Positions 60,328 to 64,000 of a stretch of DNA of 64,000 bases are shown one piece after another. Source of the stretch: an uncultured delta proteobacterium (GTDB lineage Bacteria; Desulfobacterota; Syntrophobacteria; BM002). Both the position numbers and the translations under genes were made by a program. A model generated the notes under the pieces. It was not told the DNA's origin. It saw only the letters and a list, made by a program, of their open reading frames with translations, and did no database searches. Location of the stretch: contig CAVQGX010000022.1 of assembly GCA_963712115.1 (NCBI GenBank), positions 63,153 through 127,152 on the forward strand. The letters run 5' to 3'. The number at the start of each line of letters is the position of its first letter. The stretch's first letter is position 1.

Positions 60328-61030
60328 ATGCGCGTCTGCCTGATTGCCACAGCTTTGGCTTGCATGTTTCTTAATTTATTTTCCGCCCCTAATGTCTTTG
60401 GGGCCTCACCTGCAATCCGTTTCCAGGAGGATGTCTTCACCTTCCAGCCGATTTTGGAGGGTGAATCTGTTGATATCACCTTCGAATTTAGCAATGGAGG
60501 TGAGGGAGCCTCTAGTAATCCATGACGCGGTGACCTCGTGTGGTTGTACCACGGCAGACTATCCAAGTGATTCCCTAAAGCCGGGAGAGAAAGGCACGAT
60601 CAAGACCACATTTCACTCCAAGGGACATGCTGGGGATAATGATATCAGTCTGCTAGTGAAGAGCAACGATCCCACAGTACCCGCCAAGACACTGCGCATA
60701 AGGGGAAAAGTGATTCGTCAATGGCAGGTAAAACCGAACCGGTTCATCCTGACCAATTTGAGACCGGGGAGCACCCTAAGCAAGAAATTTCAGATAACTA
60801 ACTTCATGAAAGAACCACTACAGATTAGAGAACTCGTGGCCGGAAATCCTCAAATAAGACTTCTCTCCACGGCCAAAGAAGTGGCTCCGGATAAGGACCA
60901 AGCCATTGCCTTCGAGGTGAGTTTAAAGGACCTCAAAACTGGCCAAATCACACAGTCTTCTATTCGAATAGAGGTTTACAATGCCGAGATGCAATCGGTC
61001 GAGATTCCAGTACTAATGAAACTCAAATGA
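60328..61030 (+). CDS. Exported DUF1573-type Ig-like protein, one apparent frameshift
   Basis: Signal peptide, F.F.N.G then PLVI..V.TSCGCT...LKPGEKG in the next frame (shift near 60505). Confidence 0.8.
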
Positions 61031-61052
61031 ATGATGGAAAGGGAGGAAATAA

Positions 61053-61574
61053 ATGCGAAAGGCTGCAGTGGTCTTCTGGCTGGTTGTTGTAGTTGTGAGC
61101 CTGTCTTTCGTTTCCGCTTGCGATAATCCGCAGAAAGTAGGCGTGAGCCAGGCCAACGTTCAAAGTGAATTTCTGGCGATGAAAGCAGCCAGCGAAAAAG
61201 AACGGGGCGATTACAAGTTGATTAGTTTAGGGGATTTGAAGGCAAAATTAGACGCCAAGGAGGATATTCTTGTTGTGGACACCATGCCCTATGAGGCCAG
61301 CTACAAAAAACAGCACATTCCAACCGCTGTGCAGTTTGAGTTCCCAATTGCCGAGATGACAACCATGGATCCTGAAATGAAAAGGCAATACCAGGAATTA
61401 CTAGGGCCGGACAAAGATAAAATGATTGTAGTTTACTGTGGCTTTGTCAAGTGTGGGCGGAGCCACAACGGGGGCATGTGGGCGACAAGACTGGGTTACA
61501 CAAATGTCTACCGCTGTCTCGGCGGAATATTCGGTTGGAAGGAGGCCGGGTATGCGGTTGAAGCGGTGAAATAG
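61053..61574 (+). CDS. Rhodanese-like lipoprotein (CxxxxC active loop)
   Basis: Lipobox VSAC; VVDT, HIPTA, VVYCGFVKCGRSH, GGIFGWKEAG. Confidence 0.92.
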   Translation: MRKAAVVFWLVVVVVSLSFVSACDNPQKVGVSQANVQSEFLAMKAASEKERGDYKLISLGDLKAKLDAKEDILVVDTMPYEASYKKQHIPTAVQFEFPIAEMTTMDPEMKRQYQELLGPDKDKMIVVYCGFVKCGRSHNGGMWATRLGYTNVYRCLGGIFGWKEAGYAVEAVK

Positions 61575-61761
61575 CGCGGAGCGCTATTTTCAGCAGGCAA
61601 CGAGCAGCAGTGCAGCTTGCTGCTTCAAGGAAAAGCGGAGGCTGGTGGAGGAGCTGAGCAACTGCGGTTATTGTTCCACCAGCTCTGAGGAATATAAGCG
61701 TTGTAGGCAGGAGGTGAGCCGCGACAGTAGCGAGCGCGCCAAGCAGTGTATGATAGGCTAG
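61552..61761 (+). CDS. Candidate small Cys-rich protein missed by the ORF track (start unresolved)
   Basis: Open frame 61570-61761 encodes ...CCFKEKRRLVEELSNCGYC...RC...QCMIG; the only upstream ATG (61552) is separated from it by an in-frame TGA (61567-69). Confidence 0.45.
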
Positions 61762-61790
61762 TTGCCTAAAATAATAATCTGTCACGGCCG

Positions 61791-61820
61791 AAAAAGCCCG
61801 GAAATGGTTCCGGGCTTTTT
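61791..61820 (+). terminator. Intrinsic terminator
   Basis: AAAAAGCCCGGAA-ATGG-TTCCGGGCTTTTT. Confidence 0.88.
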
Positions 61821-61944
61821 GTTTGCTATGCCTTAGCTCTGGTAATTAGAACCGAAAAAATATAAGCTTTAGCAAAAAGAAAGGGAATGTTTCAACGAGA
61901 ATGCAACGTTTTCATTTGAGCGGATAAGTCACGGAGGTGAAGCC

Positions 61945-62572
61945 ATGAAGAGAAAATGTAAGCTCTCGAGTGTTCATAAGATCATATCACTGCTGGCCAT
62001 GATTTTCTTGTTGATTTCTTGCGCGGGACCTTCTGTAAAGAGGACAGAGGTAGATGAGACTATTGATCTGAGTGGTCGCTGGAACGACACGGATTCTAGG
62101 CTGGTCTCGGAGGAGATGATTGAAGATTGCCTAAATCGTCCGTGGCTCCAGAGCTATCAGGTCGAAGAATCAGGGCAATATGCCAACAGTGATTGTGGGC
62201 ACCGTTAAGAATCAAAGCTACGAACACATCAACACCCAGGTTTTCATTAAAGATCTGGAGCGGGCCTTGATAAACTCAGGGAGGGTGCAATTCGTGGCCT
62301 CCAAAGATGAACGCGTAGAGTTAAGGCAGGAGAAGGCCGATCAACAACAAGGTTTCACTGGCCCTGAAACTCAGAAATCAATGTACAAGGAAGTGGGGGC
62401 AGACTTCATGCTCCAGGGATCAATCAATGCGATTAAAGATGAAATAAAAGGTAAATATGTGATGCTCTACCAGGTGAATCTTGAACTCATCCAATTGGAA
62501 ACGAATGTGAAAGCGTGGATAGGCCAGAAGGAAATTAAGAAGGTGGTCAAGCGGAGTCGACTTAGCTGGTGA
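61945..62572 (+). CDS. LpoB-like lipoprotein (penicillin-binding protein activator family), one apparent frameshift
   Basis: Lipobox LISC, DLSGRWNDTDSRLV, then PTVIVGTVKN.S.EHI...GADFML in the next frame (shift near 62160-62180). Confidence 0.8.
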
Positions 62573-62624
62573 ACAAAGGCAGCAGGTACTCTAGTTGCAG
62601 GTTAATCGGTCAAGAATTTTAGGC

Positions 62625-64000
62625 ATGGCAGACAGTAAAGCTGAACAACCTTGTATAAAGTCCTACAGTCTCAGGAAACACGGTTTCGCCCTCCTGATAG
62701 TACTCGCATCGGCATTCCTTTCTCTAGCCACTATCTCAGGCTGCGGCGTACCACGCCACCTCACCACCACGGTCGATGAGATGAGCGCAAGAGGGGAGTT
62801 TTCCCAAGCTCTCAGCTATGTAGAGGAACACGAGGAAGACTATCAAAACCGCAATCGGTTGCTGTTTTATTTGGATGAAGGGATGCTTGCCTTTTCGGTT
62901 GGAGACTTCGAAAAAGCTATCCAGGCTTTCACTGCGGCAGAGCGGCTTATGGAGGAATTGTACACCATCTCCATAAGTGGGGAGGCCACAACCTTCCTGA
63001 TAAATGACAACACGGCTCCATACCGGGGTGAGGATTTCGAGTCAGTAATGGTCAATCTCTTTCTGGCCCTTTCATACGCTAACCTTTCGAAGATTGAAGA
63101 TGCCCTGGTGGAAGCACGGAAGATTGACAGCAAGCTGGCAGCAATCAACCTGCAATACGACGAAGAACACCAAAATGCCTATGGTGAAGACCCTTTTGCT
63201 CGAATGCTCATTGGAATTTTTTATGAGATGGGACAGACTAGCGCCAATCTAAATGATGCCTATATATCATACTACCTTGCCATTAATGGATACGAGTCGG
63301 CATACCAACGCTTCGGTTTAAGTGTTCCTGGAATCCTTGCGGAAAACGCTCTGTCAACCGCAGAGTTCATGGGGGAAAAACAACAAGATCAATTGCGGGA
63401 GCGCTTTCCTTCAAAACAATTTCCAAGTCTGGCAGAACGCAAGGAGAAGGCGGAAGTATTTGGCCTGCACTTTAATGGCAGAGCCCCGGTTAAGGAACCG
63501 GCTACCATCGTCTTTCCGATGCCTGACGGATTTCTACTGAAGCTGGCTTTTCCAACTTATAGGAAGGTGGAGAAACGTATTATCGGCGGGCGGCTTTACG
63601 CTAAACCGCTAGAGGAAGATAGGGCCTTTCAGGCAACTTTCACCGTTGCTGAGCCCATCGGCAAGATCGCCAAGGAGAACCTGAAGGACCGGAAGGGTCG
63701 GATTGTAGTAAAAACTATTGCGAGAGTTACTGCCAAATATCTGGCTGTAAAGGCAGCACAGAAGGCAGCAAAGGAAGCGGGTGGACGGGACTATGGACCC
63801 CTGGCTGGTTTTCTCACGGGGATTACTGGGAATATACTTGCCTTTGCCAGCGAACAACCGGACTTGCGTTCCTGGAGAACCTTGCCAGCGGAGATCCTGA
63901 TCAGCAAGCTGACTTTGGAGCCGGGAACCTATCAGTTTTGGGCTGAGTGTTATGACGCCTCAGGAATAATCGTCCGAAAGGTAGAACTGGGAGAGAGAGA
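62625..64000 (+). CDS. COG3014-type TPR-like lipoprotein, runs off the window
   Basis: ATG 62625, lipobox ISGC, LLFYLDEGML, NDNTAPYRGEDFE, DLRSWRTLP; family typically adjacent to LpoB-like genes. Confidence 0.8.
   Translation, partial: MADSKAEQPCIKSYSLRKHGFALLIVLASAFLSLATISGCGVPRHLTTTVDEMSARGEFSQALSYVEEHEEDYQNRNRLLFYLDEGMLAFSVGDFEKAIQAFTAAERLMEELYTISISGEATTFLINDNTAPYRGEDFESVMVNLFLALSYANLSKIEDALVEARKIDSKLAAINLQYDEEHQNAYGEDPFARMLIGIFYEMGQTSANLNDAYISYYLAINGYESAYQRFGLSVPGILAENALSTAEFMGEKQQDQLRERFPSKQFPSLAERKEKAEVFGLHFNGRAPVKEPATIVFPMPDGFLLKLAFPTYRKVEKRIIGGRLYAKPLEEDRAFQATFTVAEPIGKIAKENLKDRKGRIVVKTIARVTAKYLAVKAAQKAAKEAGGRDYGPLAGFLTGITGNILAFASEQPDLRSWRTLPAEILISKLTLEPGTYQFWAECYDASGIIVRKVELGER

Noticed and set aside
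58290-62190. Programmed frameshifting or mass pseudogenisation
   Set aside because: Single-base indels cluster only in the region after the junction, and copy 1 of the same gene is intact at those sites; sequencing error is the simpler explanation
608-63857. Numerous short antisense or overlapping ORFs in the track, and ORFs inside repeats (e.g. 27067, 31214, 43809, 52485, 52662)
   Set aside because: They overlap well-supported genes or translate repeat DNA and show no protein motifs
1-64000. Genome-wide reassignment of UGA (genetic code 4 or 25)
   Set aside because: Many complete genes end in TGA at the expected C-terminus (oadB, fur, aroB, aroF) and Trp is encoded by TGG; internal TGAs occur only at Cys-like redox positions
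1-64000. selC/tRNA, rRNA, transposase, integrase or prophage genes
   Set aside because: None recognised; Sec machinery must lie outside this window if the selenoprotein calls are right

Overview
Bacterial chromosomal window whose gene content (dnaE, aroB, aroF, gdhA, nadE, malQ, rdgB, fur/feoAB, oadG/oadB, menaquinone-type genes) and repeat style point to an anaerobic deltaproteobacterium (Desulfobacterota-like; inferred). No rRNA, tRNA, CRISPR or transposase was seen. The main hidden signal is UGA recoding. Four different genes that the ORF track breaks or misses read through in-frame TGA codons at redox-Cys positions, each with a SECIS-like hairpin 18-27 nt downstream. They are: a HesB/IscA-like protein (GUGG, 10526-10837), a secreted rhodanese with two UGAs (YUAUPNE, 30697-31113), a rhodanese-DsbD/CcdA-thioredoxin fusion with two UGAs and two tandem hairpins (YUDGLTU; 53786 and duplicate 57319), and a small NEPxGxxU protein (59130-59445). 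The last two lead a co-oriented cluster with a truncated ArsM-like methyltransferase, a DUF1573-type protein and a Cys-only rhodanese paralogue, which suggests an envelope selenium/sulfur relay. About 3.5-3.7 kb (51574-55295) is repeated at 55344-58831 across a low-complexity junction, and sequence after ~55.3 kb carries many single-base frameshifts. The duplication is therefore probably an assembly join of two haplotypes; one has a 233-bp MITE-like insertion that the other lacks. Intergenic DNA is full of 7-nt-periodic, mirror-symmetric repeats and MITE/REP-like elements. There are two candidate structured RNAs (about 43997-44172 and 2987-3131). All calls were made by eye without database searches.
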